NCBI GenBank assembly: GCA_017601145.1 | Contig: JAFNIV010000010.1 | Span: 6,950-38,949, forward strand | From: Candidatus Brockarchaeota archaeon | Lineage (GTDB): Archaea; Thermoproteota; EX4484-205; JAAOZO01 | DNA: 32,000 bases | Direction: 5' to 3' | Notes under the pieces: model-generated | Told to the model about the DNA's origin: nothing | What the model saw: the letters and a program-made list of their open reading frames with translations, nothing else | Databases searched by the model: none | Made by a program: the position numbers and the translations under genes | Shown: one piece after another, positions 18,444 through 25,404 of the stretch | How the letters are laid out: each line of letters begins with the position of its first letter | Numbering within the stretch: position 1 is the stretch's first letter

Positions 18444-18691
18444 TCAGAAATCACCAACCTATAGTAAACTGATTCTCCCGCTAGGTCACTTTTTCTAATT
18501 ATTTTTATTATGTCTCCAGGCTTTGCTCCTAGTGCTTTTACAGCAGGATCAGAATCAAGAATCTTTGGGAGGTTTGAGGGTTTAATCCTATAAGTCTTAA
18601 GCAAACTAATCCTCTCTTCCTCTGATAGTATCTCATACTTTGGAGATAGCTCATGACTTAGAGGATTAAATCCAAGATTATCCTTTAGCAA
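18440..18691 (-). CDS. rpoH: DNA-directed RNA polymerase subunit H (Rpb5 C-terminal domain homologue)
   Basis: 83 aa, HELSPKYEILSEEERISLLKTYRIKPSNLPKILDSDPAVKALGAKPGDIIKIIRKS. It overlaps the rpoB start by 4 nt. Confidence 0.9.
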   Translation of the reverse strand: MLKDNLGFNPLSHELSPKYEILSEEERISLLKTYRIKPSNLPKILDSDPAVKALGAKPGDIIKIIRKSDLAGESVYYRLVISE

Positions 18692-18787
18692 TTTGGCCGA
18701 TTTTCTTCTCTTTCAGTATTATATTAAGTTTTCTCAAACAACATGGAGAAACCCATTTTTTACGTTTTTTAGAAAGGATAAAGTTAG

Positions 18788-20263
18788 ATGAGGATAGAAA
18801 AAAACATTGACTTAAAAAATAAAATAAATGTTTTTATCCATATTTTCTTCCTTTTCGGGGGATTGTACGACGTAATAATTGGAGGGGCTGGACCAGCGGG
18901 AATATTTGCAGCTCTAGAATTCATAAGGCAAGCAGAAGATAAGAAAGACCTTAAAGTATTAGTTTTAGATATGGGGCCCGATGTAGAAAGAAGGTACTGT
19001 CCCTCAAGAGAATTGCATAAAACATGCATAAAATGCCCTATTTGTACTTTGCAAAGTGGATGGGGAGGTGCTGGAACATTTAGTGATGGTAAAATAACTT
19101 TAACGCCAAACGTAGGAGGTTGGTTAGCTGAACTTATTGGAAGTGAAGAACTTACAAAGATACTAAAAGATGTCGATAAATACTTTTTAGATTTTGGAGC
19201 TCCTAAAGAAATATACGGAGATGATGAAAACAAATTCGAATATTGGGATAAAAAAGCGAAACTTTCAGACCTTAAGCTTGAGAAGAACATTCTGAGACAC
19301 ATGGGCTCAGATATGAGCAAGCAAGTTCTCGTTAACATTAAGAACTTTGTTTCTAAGCATGTAGAGATTAAGTTAAGAACCAAGATTGAAGAAGTTGTTG
19401 TTGAAGGAAACAGAGTAAGAGGAGTAAAGCTAAAGTCTGGAGAAGTGGTAAATGCTAAAGCAGTTCTATTGGCGCCAGGTAGGATAGGTGCACAGTGGCT
19501 AAGTTCTGAAGCTAAGAGACTTAGAATAAAGACAAACAGAAACCCAGTAGATCTGGGAGTAAGAGTTGAGTTACCCTATGAAGTTATGGCACAGATAACA
19601 GACGATCTTTATGAACCAAAACTAAAATTTTTCTCAAAAACTTTTGACGATTACATAAGAACATTCTGTGTTAATCCGAGGGGAGAGGTAATTTCAGAGT
19701 TCTATGAAGACGTTGTTACTGTAAATGGGCATAGCTTGAAGAATGGATCTTCGGGCAATACGAACTTTGCAATACTAGTAAGCACTCATTTCACCGAACC
19801 TTTTAATGATCCAATAGCTTTTGGAAAGTCAATTGCTAAACTTGCAAATTTAATATCTAACGGTGTAATTGTTCAAAGGCTTTCAGATCTTCTTCAAGGA
19901 AGGAGAAGTACAAAAGAAAGAATAAGCAAGAGCATAATAGAACCTACTCTTAAGGATGCAACTCCAGGAGACCTAAGCTTTGTTCTTCCTCATAGAATAC
20001 TTACAGATATAATAGAAATGCTGAGAGCTTTAGATAGGCTTACTCCAGGTGTTGTTTCACAAAACACTTTACTTTATGGTGTTGAAGCAAAATTTTATTC
20101 CTCAAGAATAGAGACAGATGAACATCTACAAACCAGTGTAAAGGGTCTTTTTGTAGCAGGAGATGGAGCAGGAATAACTAGAGGAATAGCTCAAGCTGCC
20201 GCTTCTGGAATGCATGCTGCAAGAAGTATAACAGAACTATTGAGCAACAATGTCCTTGACTAA
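18788..20263 (+). CDS. FAD-dependent oxidoreductase (COG2509-like NAD(FAD)-utilizing dehydrogenase)
   Basis: Rossmann motif YDVIIGGAGPAGIFAA and C-terminal GLFVAGDGAGITRGIAQAAASG. The first 25 codons look non-native. The in-frame TTG at 18863 (MYDVIIGGAG...) is the likelier start. Confidence 0.7.
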   Translation: MRIEKNIDLKNKINVFIHIFFLFGGLYDVIIGGAGPAGIFAALEFIRQAEDKKDLKVLVLDMGPDVERRYCPSRELHKTCIKCPICTLQSGWGGAGTFSDGKITLTPNVGGWLAELIGSEELTKILKDVDKYFLDFGAPKEIYGDDENKFEYWDKKAKLSDLKLEKNILRHMGSDMSKQVLVNIKNFVSKHVEIKLRTKIEEVVVEGNRVRGVKLKSGEVVNAKAVLLAPGRIGAQWLSSEAKRLRIKTNRNPVDLGVRVELPYEVMAQITDDLYEPKLKFFSKTFDDYIRTFCVNPRGEVISEFYEDVVTVNGHSLKNGSSGNTNFAILVSTHFTEPFNDPIAFGKSIAKLANLISNGVIVQRLSDLLQGRRSTKERISKSIIEPTLKDATPGDLSFVLPHRILTDIIEMLRALDRLTPGVVSQNTLLYGVEAKFYSSRIETDEHLQTSVKGLFVAGDGAGITRGIAQAAASGMHAARSITELLSNNVLD

Positions 20264-20953
20264 GCCTAAGTTATACCCATCCAAAGTAGTTACGTTCATA
20301 TCTTCTATGCTTATGTTAAGCATCCTAAGAGCAGGCATTCTAAAGTTATCGTTGTTAACAGTTAGATAGCCTACGTAATTATTAAAGGCAGGCATTATTA
20401 TAACTTTTGGCTTCTTATTTATACGCTCTAACCACACTTGAATTGTATAACTGTAACCGGAGTTGTCAGTTATCTTTACCACTGGGTGGATATGACCCAA
20501 GATTATGTAATCTTTGCTTAAAGCTTCTTTTGGTAGCCTTGCATGTCCATGAGAAATCCAAGAGCCATTGACTTCAAAACCCATTACGTTATGTACTTTT
20601 ACTTTGCTTGGGAGAAGGCCAAGAATGTCACCATCATGATTTCCTGGAACTAAGTGAACTTCTTCCAAGTCTAAAAAAAGATTAAGAAAGTTTCTAGTTA
20701 CAACTAGAGATTCAAGTAAACTTATACCAGAAACCTTGTGTTTTAGATCGCCAGCAATGATTAGCTTTTTAAGCTTGTGAGTTTTAAGTAAGTTCAATAA
20801 CCTTTCTGAGAATTCAGAAGATTTTTCAGGAACGTTTATTCCTTTGTCTCTTAGTTCCTTCTCAAAACCAATATGAAGATCTGAAACAACTAAGTATTCG
20901 TTGTTTAGTATTAGCGCAGGCTCTCTAAACGTTTTTATTACTCCTTTGCTCAT
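20237..20953 (-). CDS. Calcineurin-like metallophosphoesterase (COG1407 / MPE-like, Mre11-related)
   Basis: The track ORF (to 21214) has an implausible 87-aa low-complexity extension overlapping the opposite-strand gene. Homology starts at the ATG at 20953: MSKGVIKTFREPALILNNEYLVVSDLHIGFE ... LIIAGDLKH ... LVPGNHD ... ISHGHA ... LGHIHP. Confidence 0.75.
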   Translation of the reverse strand: MSKGVIKTFREPALILNNEYLVVSDLHIGFEKELRDKGINVPEKSSEFSERLLNLLKTHKLKKLIIAGDLKHKVSGISLLESLVVTRNFLNLFLDLEEVHLVPGNHDGDILGLLPSKVKVHNVMGFEVNGSWISHGHARLPKEALSKDYIILGHIHPVVKITDNSGYSYTIQVWLERINKKPKVIIMPAFNNYVGYLTVNNDNFRMPALRMLNISIEDMNVTTLDGYNLGLVKDIVAQ

Positions 20954-20972
20954 AGTAGTGCTAAAGAACTGA

Positions 20973-21374
20973 ATGAGTAAGGAATTAAAGGATTTTGCTA
21001 GTCTATGTGAAAAGATAAGAGAAAGAGGTTTTCTAACGAGCAATGATAAGGAAAATTTACAGAAATTTTTTGGGGAAAGAGCAGAAAGGGCACTAGAACT
21101 TGTTTTTTTAAACAGAGTAAAGAAGTACAAGTTTATGCCCTCAAACATAACGTTTTGGGTCGTCGTTGGAAAAACTAACGAGTACCTAGTAATTCCTGAA
21201 AGTAATTTTTGCACGTGTGATGATTTTTTGTTCTCTTTCTTTAAAGGTGAGCAGCCTTTTTGTAGTCACTTAATTGCGCAGAGAATTGCTGAAGCTCTTG
21301 GAGAAATAGAGGAAATAGCAGAATCTGACGACTACTACACTTCTCTAATAGATGAGTTTGTCAGCATAAAATAA
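20973..21374 (+). CDS. SWIM-type zinc-finger protein
   Basis: CxC-x16-CxH pattern: FCTCDDFLFSFFKGEQPFCSHLIA. 133 aa, divergent from the phosphoesterase gene with a 19-bp spacer. Confidence 0.7.
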   Translation: MSKELKDFASLCEKIRERGFLTSNDKENLQKFFGERAERALELVFLNRVKKYKFMPSNITFWVVVGKTNEYLVIPESNFCTCDDFLFSFFKGEQPFCSHLIAQRIAEALGEIEEIAESDDYYTSLIDEFVSIK

Positions 21375-21375
21375 C

Positions 21376-22002
21376 TTAGAGGAAAACTTTCTCAAGATAG
21401 CACATCAACATAGACAATACTACATTAGTTGTTAAAACTTTGTCGTAGATAGAAATAACTTCGTCTGAAATTTTTAAGATCTCGTTTCTTGGCCTCCCCT
21501 TTGCGTATGCCCCAACTAAGAAAGCTATTGGAGTACTTGACTTTAATGAAGTTAAGTATTGCTCTAGGTTTACATTATTTCCATGACTGCTTAGGAGAAC
21601 TATCTTTTTTATCCTTAAGCTACTAAGTGTATCCTTAAGTGTTAAGTTACTTATAAAAAGAAGAGGTCTTCCTTTAGGGGGAACTTGACCAAACTTAAGC
21701 AATTGGGAGAAAAGGCTAGAAAAATTAATGTAATTTCTTGGTGGCTTCCAAGAGTCCTTAACAAATATAATTTTATTCTCTATAGTGTGTATAATAAGAC
21801 CTACTTCCCCTCTAGAATAAAGAGGAAAGTCGCATACGTTCAATATTCCTACATGTGTAATGTCTGGTCTTCCTCTTCTTCCTAGGTCTTCTTGTCTCAT
21901 TTTTCTGAAGTGCTTTGAAACATCTAATAGCTCATTGTTTAAAAGCTCTAAGTTAGAGTCAAACAAAACAATCCAAATCTTCTTTTGCCCTTTTTTCATC
22001 AC
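21376..22002 (-). CDS. nep1: Ribosome biogenesis SPOUT methyltransferase Nep1/Emg1
   Basis: GRPDITHVGILNVCDFPLYS ... PPRNYINFSSLFSQLL ... FLVGAYAKG matches the Nep1 family pattern. It neighbours rps19e, as is common in archaea. Confidence 0.8.
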   Translation of the reverse strand: MMKKGQKKIWIVLFDSNLELLNNELLDVSKHFRKMRQEDLGRRGRPDITHVGILNVCDFPLYSRGEVGLIIHTIENKIIFVKDSWKPPRNYINFSSLFSQLLKFGQVPPKGRPLLFISNLTLKDTLSSLRIKKIVLLSSHGNNVNLEQYLTSLKSSTPIAFLVGAYAKGRPRNEILKISDEVISIYDKVLTTNVVLSMLMCYLEKVFL

Positions 22003-22093
22003 TAGAAAACTCAGAAAGAATAAAAACTTAAATTTTTAGTTATAAACAATCAAAAATTAAAAAAGTATGAAGTAAGTTCTTTTTCTACGGGTC

Positions 22094-22585
22094 GTGAGAA
22101 GAAACAGTTATAAATTGCTTTACTTAAAAGATGGGACAAAATTGGTTACAGTTTTTGATATTGAAGGGCAAACGTTCGTCGAAATTCTTGCTGAGTTACT
22201 AAAGAGTAGGTATGGAGAGATAGTAAAGCCTCCGACATGGGCATATTTCGCGAAGACAGCACATTTTAAGAATAATCCACCTTCGGACACAGACTGGTGG
22301 TACAAGAGAGCAGCTTCAATACTGAGAACACTTTATATTAAAGGGCCAATAGGTGTTTCAAGGCTAAGAAAGAAGTACGGAGGAAGAAAAGATTCACCCA
22401 TGAGAAAAGCTCATTTTCACAGGGCTGCAGGAAACCATATAAGGAAAATACTTCAACAGTTAGAAAGAGTGGAGCTTGTAACAGCTTCTAAGAAAGGAAG
22501 AAATCTAACTCCAAAGGGTGTAAGTTTACTTGATTCTTTGGCAGCTTCAATAACAAAGAATCAAAATGTGGAGGTGAAGAGTTAA
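22094..22585 (+). CDS. rps19e: Ribosomal protein S19e (eS19)
   Basis: PPTWAYFAKTAHFKNNPPSDTDWWYKRAASILRTLYIKGPIGVSRLRKKYGG. The in-frame TTG at 22142 (MVTVFDIEG...) gives the usual ~147-aa size and is the likelier start. Confidence 0.9.
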   Translation: MRRNSYKLLYLKDGTKLVTVFDIEGQTFVEILAELLKSRYGEIVKPPTWAYFAKTAHFKNNPPSDTDWWYKRAASILRTLYIKGPIGVSRLRKKYGGRKDSPMRKAHFHRAAGNHIRKILQQLERVELVTASKKGRNLTPKGVSLLDSLAASITKNQNVEVKS

Positions 22586-22608
22586 CGACCATCTCTGAGG
22601 GATATGAG

Positions 22609-22935
22609 ATGAACGAAGAAGAACTAAATGAAATTACTAAAAGAAGAGAGAAAGAACTACTGGAAGCACTAAGAAGAAGAGAGGTAGAAGAAGAAAAGAG
22701 GAAAGAGGAAGAAGAAAGAAAAAAGGCGCTTGCTAGGGTAGTTTTTTCTCCAGAAGCTAGACAAAGGCTTGCGAACCTTAGGTTAGTAAAACCTCAACTA
22801 GTAGAACAACTAGAAACATACTTAATCGCACTTGCCCAACAAGGAAAGCTTCCAGTTCCTTTGGACGATGAAACGCTAAAAAAGATACTTTATCAACTTA
22901 CCCGAGAAAAAAGAGAAACAAGGATAAAGTGGTAA
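22609..22935 (+). CDS. PDCD5/TFAR19-related DNA-binding protein (COG2118)
   Basis: E/K-rich N-terminus followed by LARVVFSPEARQRLANLRLVKPQLVEQLETYLIALAQQGKL. The position after rps19e is conserved. Confidence 0.8.
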   Translation: MNEEELNEITKRREKELLEALRRREVEEEKRKEEEERKKALARVVFSPEARQRLANLRLVKPQLVEQLETYLIALAQQGKLPVPLDDETLKKILYQLTREKRETRIKW

Positions 22936-22938
22936 GAA

Positions 22939-23079
22939 ATGACGAGCAGGAAAAAAGCAATTTTAAAGGCAAGGCTCATGGCAAAGGCTCGGCGTGCCTT
23001 TGGAGTTCCAGCTTGGATCATTCTAAAAACAAATAGGAAAGTGAGGATTAGTTATAGGAGAAGACATTGGAGAAGGTAA
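22939..23079 (+). CDS. rpl39e: Ribosomal protein L39e (eL39)
   Basis: Not in the ORF track (46 aa). My translation is MTSRKKAILKARLMAKARRAFGVPAWIILKTNRKVRISYRRRHWRR*. The VPAW..LKT...RRHWRR signature is present. Confidence 0.9.
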   Translation: MTSRKKAILKARLMAKARRAFGVPAWIILKTNRKVRISYRRRHWRR

Positions 23080-23091
23080 GGGAGATGGAAA

Positions 23092-23352
23092 ATGTCAAGT
23101 GAAAAAGAGAAAATCTTAACTGTAAACCTTTCAAAGGCCTTAAGAGCACCATTAAAAATTAGAGCAAAAAAAGCAGTGAAGCTAGTAAGAGAATACGTTG
23201 CAAGAGCATTAAAAATTAAAGAAGTTGTTTTAGACAGCAACTTAAACGAAGCTATTTGGAGACACTCAATTTCAAAACCTCCTAGGAAAATAAAAATAAA
23301 GGTAGAGGTTGAAGAAGAAACTGCAAAGGTTTCTCTAGCAGAAAAGACTTAG
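23092..23352 (+). CDS. rpl31e: Ribosomal protein L31e (eL31)
   Basis: ILTVNLSKALRAPLKIRAKKAVKLVREYVARALKIKEVVLDSNLNEAIWRHSISKPPRKIKIKV. Confidence 0.9.
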   Translation: MSSEKEKILTVNLSKALRAPLKIRAKKAVKLVREYVARALKIKEVVLDSNLNEAIWRHSISKPPRKIKIKVEVEEETAKVSLAEKT

Positions 23353-23361
23353 GTAAGTACG

Positions 23362-24027
23362 TTGCCGATAAGAGTCTTTAAAGTATCAATAAGGAAAAAT
23401 CCTTTCATTGGAGCATATGTAGCGCTTCATAATAATAGAGCTTTAGTTTCACCAGTAGTTACACAATCCTTTAAGAAAAACTTAATGGAAATTTTGGGAG
23501 TTGAGTATGTCGCAAGTTCGACGGTTGGTCTTGTTTATTCAGTAAACGTAATGGTGGCCATGAATTCAAATGGAATAGTACTACCAAAAACAACAAGCGA
23601 AGAAGAGCTTAAAGAAATTTCAAAACTTGGTATTCCAAAGTTTGTAGTTCAAAGTAAAATTTTGGCTTGGGGAAATTTGGTTGTTGCAAACGATAAAGGA
23701 TGCATTATTTCAGAATACGTTCCAGATGAAGAAGCTTCGAAGATTGCCGATTTTTTAGGAGTTGATTGGTTAAAGATTTCTGTTGGGAACTACCGTTCAA
23801 TCGGACCTTTCTTTGCAGTTTCGAACGAATTCGGACTAGCATCAAACTTAGTTAAGCCTGAAACATTAGAGAAGGTGACAGAAGTTCTTAAGATAAAAAT
23901 CATACCAACAACTCTAAATGGAGGAGAAATGCTAGTTAAGCTTGGAGCTCTAGTGCATGACAAAGCAATATTGGTTGGTAAAAGAACAAGTGGAGCAGAA
24001 CTCCTAAATATTTCTTCACTTAACTAA
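23362..24027 (+). CDS. eif6: Translation initiation factor 6 (aIF6/eIF6)
   Basis: 221 aa with a pentein-repeat pattern (NPFIGAYVALHNNRALVSP ... GNLVVANDKGCIIS). TTG start; the position after rpl31e is conserved. Confidence 0.85.
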   Translation: MPIRVFKVSIRKNPFIGAYVALHNNRALVSPVVTQSFKKNLMEILGVEYVASSTVGLVYSVNVMVAMNSNGIVLPKTTSEEELKEISKLGIPKFVVQSKILAWGNLVVANDKGCIISEYVPDEEASKIADFLGVDWLKISVGNYRSIGPFFAVSNEFGLASNLVKPETLEKVTEVLKIKIIPTTLNGGEMLVKLGALVHDKAILVGKRTSGAELLNISSLN

Positions 24028-24048
24028 AAAGAAAGCATTAAATAAAAA

Positions 24049-24056
24049 TTTAAATA
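24049..24056 (+). promoter_or_regulatory. TATA box for tRNA-Asp
   Basis: tttaaata is an exact match to the archaeal TTTAWATA consensus, centred ~31 nt upstream of the mature tRNA 5' end (24084). Confidence 0.5.
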
Positions 24057-24083
24057 CAGATTGTTAAAGTAGCTTTAACTTGA

Positions 24084-24189
24084 GCCCCGGTAGTACAGCC
24101 CGGTTAGTATAGTCGGCTGTCAATTGTTGAAAGCAGATCCCGACTGACTCGGGTTCAAAAGCAGAACGCTGAGATTCCCGACCGGGGCG
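24084..24189 (+). tRNA. tRNA-Asp: tRNA-Asp (GTC) with two introns (~16 nt after position 37; ~16 nt inside the T-loop)
   Basis: Hand fold: acceptor GCCCCGG/CCGGGGC, D arm GTAC-AGCCCGGTTA-GTAT, anticodon stem GTCGG/CCGAC with loop CTGTCA[attgttgaaagcagat]C, T arm TCGGG-TTCAAA[agcagaacgctgagat]T-CCCGA, discriminator G, no encoded CCA. The exons give a 74-nt cloverleaf. Exact splice points are ambiguous by 1-2 nt. Confidence 0.85.
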
Positions 24190-24193
24190 CATG

Positions 24194-24198
24194 TTTTT
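24194..24198 (+). terminator. Oligo-T tract downstream of tRNA-Asp
   Basis: TTTTT begins 5 nt after the discriminator base. Archaeal RNA polymerase terminates at oligo-T tracts. Confidence 0.3.
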
Positions 24199-24584
24199 AA
24201 ATAAAGTAAAGATTAAAGAACTTACAGATTTTTAAGACAAAAAACTAAACTTGAAAGAAAAGAATTTATATATACAACATAGGAAATTCTCCGTCTGAAC
24301 AATACAAAAATATTCGCAGTTATAGTTTTAAGTAGCTCTTTCAAAAGCAATTTAAGGTAGCACTTTGTTTCTTATGAAAAGAACTTTAGAAGATAAAAAT
24401 TCAACGAACAAAGATTAGTATCTTAGAAGAAAGACTCTTCTGATTTTAATCGAAGTACCAAAGCTGACGTTATAGAATATATGCTCAGGATAGCATTATG
24501 TTATTGCAACGATAAATTCCAACAACCCACAAACTAAAAACTATATCTTATCTTAAAATTAATTCTACTTTTAACTTTCTTAAG

Positions 24585-24727
24585 TCCCCGGGGCTGGACT
24601 TTCAGGAGAAACTCCCTTTTGAACCAGCGACGGTCCGGTATCTATTTTTAGCCTGGTTGGCTGACACGGCCTAGCACAAGGCTAAGCGTCTACAGCCGGA
24701 AGCTCTTCCAGGCTGAGCTACCCGGGG
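24585..24727 (-). tRNA. tRNA-Tyr: tRNA-Tyr (GTA) with two introns (~50 nt after position 37; ~19 nt inside the T-loop)
   Basis: Minus-strand hand fold: acceptor CCCCGGG/CCCGGGG, D arm GCTC-AGCCTGGAA-GAGC, anticodon stem TCCGG/CCGGA with loop CTGTAG[50-nt intron]A, variable CCGTC, T arm GCTGG-TTCAAA[agggagtttctcctgaaag]T-CCAGC, discriminator A. The exons total 74 nt. The long intron has an internal helix ttagcct/aggctaa. Confidence 0.85.
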
Positions 24728-24755
24728 ACTGGATTACTTGATTAGTAAAAAGTAG

Positions 24756-24763
24756 TAAATAAA
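24756..24763 (-). promoter_or_regulatory. TATA box for tRNA-Tyr
   Basis: The minus strand reads tttattta, centred ~32 nt upstream of the tRNA 5' end (24727). The spacing matches that of the tRNA-Asp promoter. Confidence 0.4.
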
Positions 24764-24835
24764 TTTTTCGACCTATAAAAATAAAAGACTGTAGCTTAGG
24801 ATTTAGTATCTTCTAGAGCAATTTTTGATAGAACT

Positions 24836-25025
24836 AGTGAACTACCCCTCGCTATCGCAAGGAGCTTCCTGCTTCCACGGACAGACTCGATCTCCACTCA
24901 CCCACAGCGGAGGCCTCGGCAAGTGAGACCGTTTCGAGGAACCCGTGTGGAAGGTGGGTTACGGAGGTCTTGCCCTCAGCAGGCGTCTCTTTCGGCCTGT
25001 CCCATGCCTACTAGGTAGTAGGCAC
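24836..25025 (-). ncRNA. Putative omega-RNA-like structured RNA carried by the MITE (strand tentative)
   Basis: It shares the 3'-terminal 40 nt, including the RE hairpin, with the tnpB-linked omega-RNA region. It also shares a ctcagcaggcg...tcccat motif (24975-25005 versus 1378-1406). Multiple stable helices are present. The RE hairpin wobble pairs favour the minus strand, while one G-T pair in the 24889/24969 helix favours the plus strand, so orientation is not settled. Confidence 0.35.
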
Positions 25026-25081
25026 TTTTCGGCTTTCATCCCCCTGCGAAAGCTGGGGGACTTCCCGCCATCAAAGTTAAA
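24836..25081 (-). mobile_element. Non-autonomous IS200/IS605 derivative (MITE/PATE-like, 246 bp): both ends of the 1297-2884 element around a different, G+C-rich structured core; no ORF
   Basis: 24836-24875 matches 1297-1336 (40/40). 25026-25081 matches 2829-2884 except for the inverted hairpin core. The internal 150 nt (24876-25025) is ~61% G+C by hand count, against AT-rich surroundings. Nested helices include gatctcc(24889-95)/ggaggtc(24963-69), acccac(24900-05)/gtgggt(24954-59), cctcg(24914-18)/cgagg(24935-39), caggc(24980-84)/gcctg(24995-99) and gcctact-aggt-agtaggc (25006-23). Confidence 0.8.
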
Positions 25082-25090
25082 TATTTTTTG

Positions 25091-25404
25091 AAAGACATAA
25101 AAATACTTCAGGATAGCCTCTTCAGCAGTTTCAAAATAGAAATGTTTAATAGCGGTCTAACTCCCTTAACTCTTTGATGAAAGAAGAACTCTTACGCCCT
25201 CTCTGTTCTGGAAGCATGGCTTCCTATGAGGGCAGGTTTATGAAATGCGAAGAATGTAACATAATCTTAGATAGAGACGTTGTAGCGGTATTGAACCTTC
25301 AGATGCGGGGAGAAGGGTTCCCCCAAAGAGCCCTCAATGAAATAATCGAGAGGGAAGGGTTGAGTAGGAATGAAAATAACAATTCACTATGTATTCCTAC
25401 TTAA
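25091..25404 (+). pseudogene. tnpB: TnpB C-terminal relic (different subfamily from the 1313-2440 copy), 5'-truncated and frame-disrupted
   Basis: Frame A (25091-25177) reads KDIKILQDSLFSSFKIEMF...*, resembling AQKILDASWGKFLQLL of the intact TnpB. Frame B (25174-25404) reads ...KCEECNIILDRDVVAVLNLQMRGEG, which is the second Zn-finger half plus the RuvC-III DRDxNAAxN-like motif. Roughly the N-terminal two thirds of the protein are absent. Confidence 0.7.

Noticed and set aside
20954-21214. 87-codon N-terminal extension of the phosphoesterase ORF given in the track (20237-21214)
   Set aside because: The extension is low-complexity (…FFTLFKKTSSSALSALSPKNF…) and overlaps the SWIM gene on the other strand. 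Family homology begins at the internal ATG at 20953.
22640-22730. Purine-rich gaa/aag repeats that resemble a tandem repeat
   Set aside because: This is in-frame coding sequence for the E/K/R-rich N-terminal helix of the PDCD5-like protein. It is not a structured repeat array.
24420-24470. Two CUGA (D-box-like) motifs in the inter-tRNA spacer, suggesting a C/D-box sRNA
   Set aside because: No RUGAUGA C or C' boxes occur at the required spacing, and no terminal stem is present.
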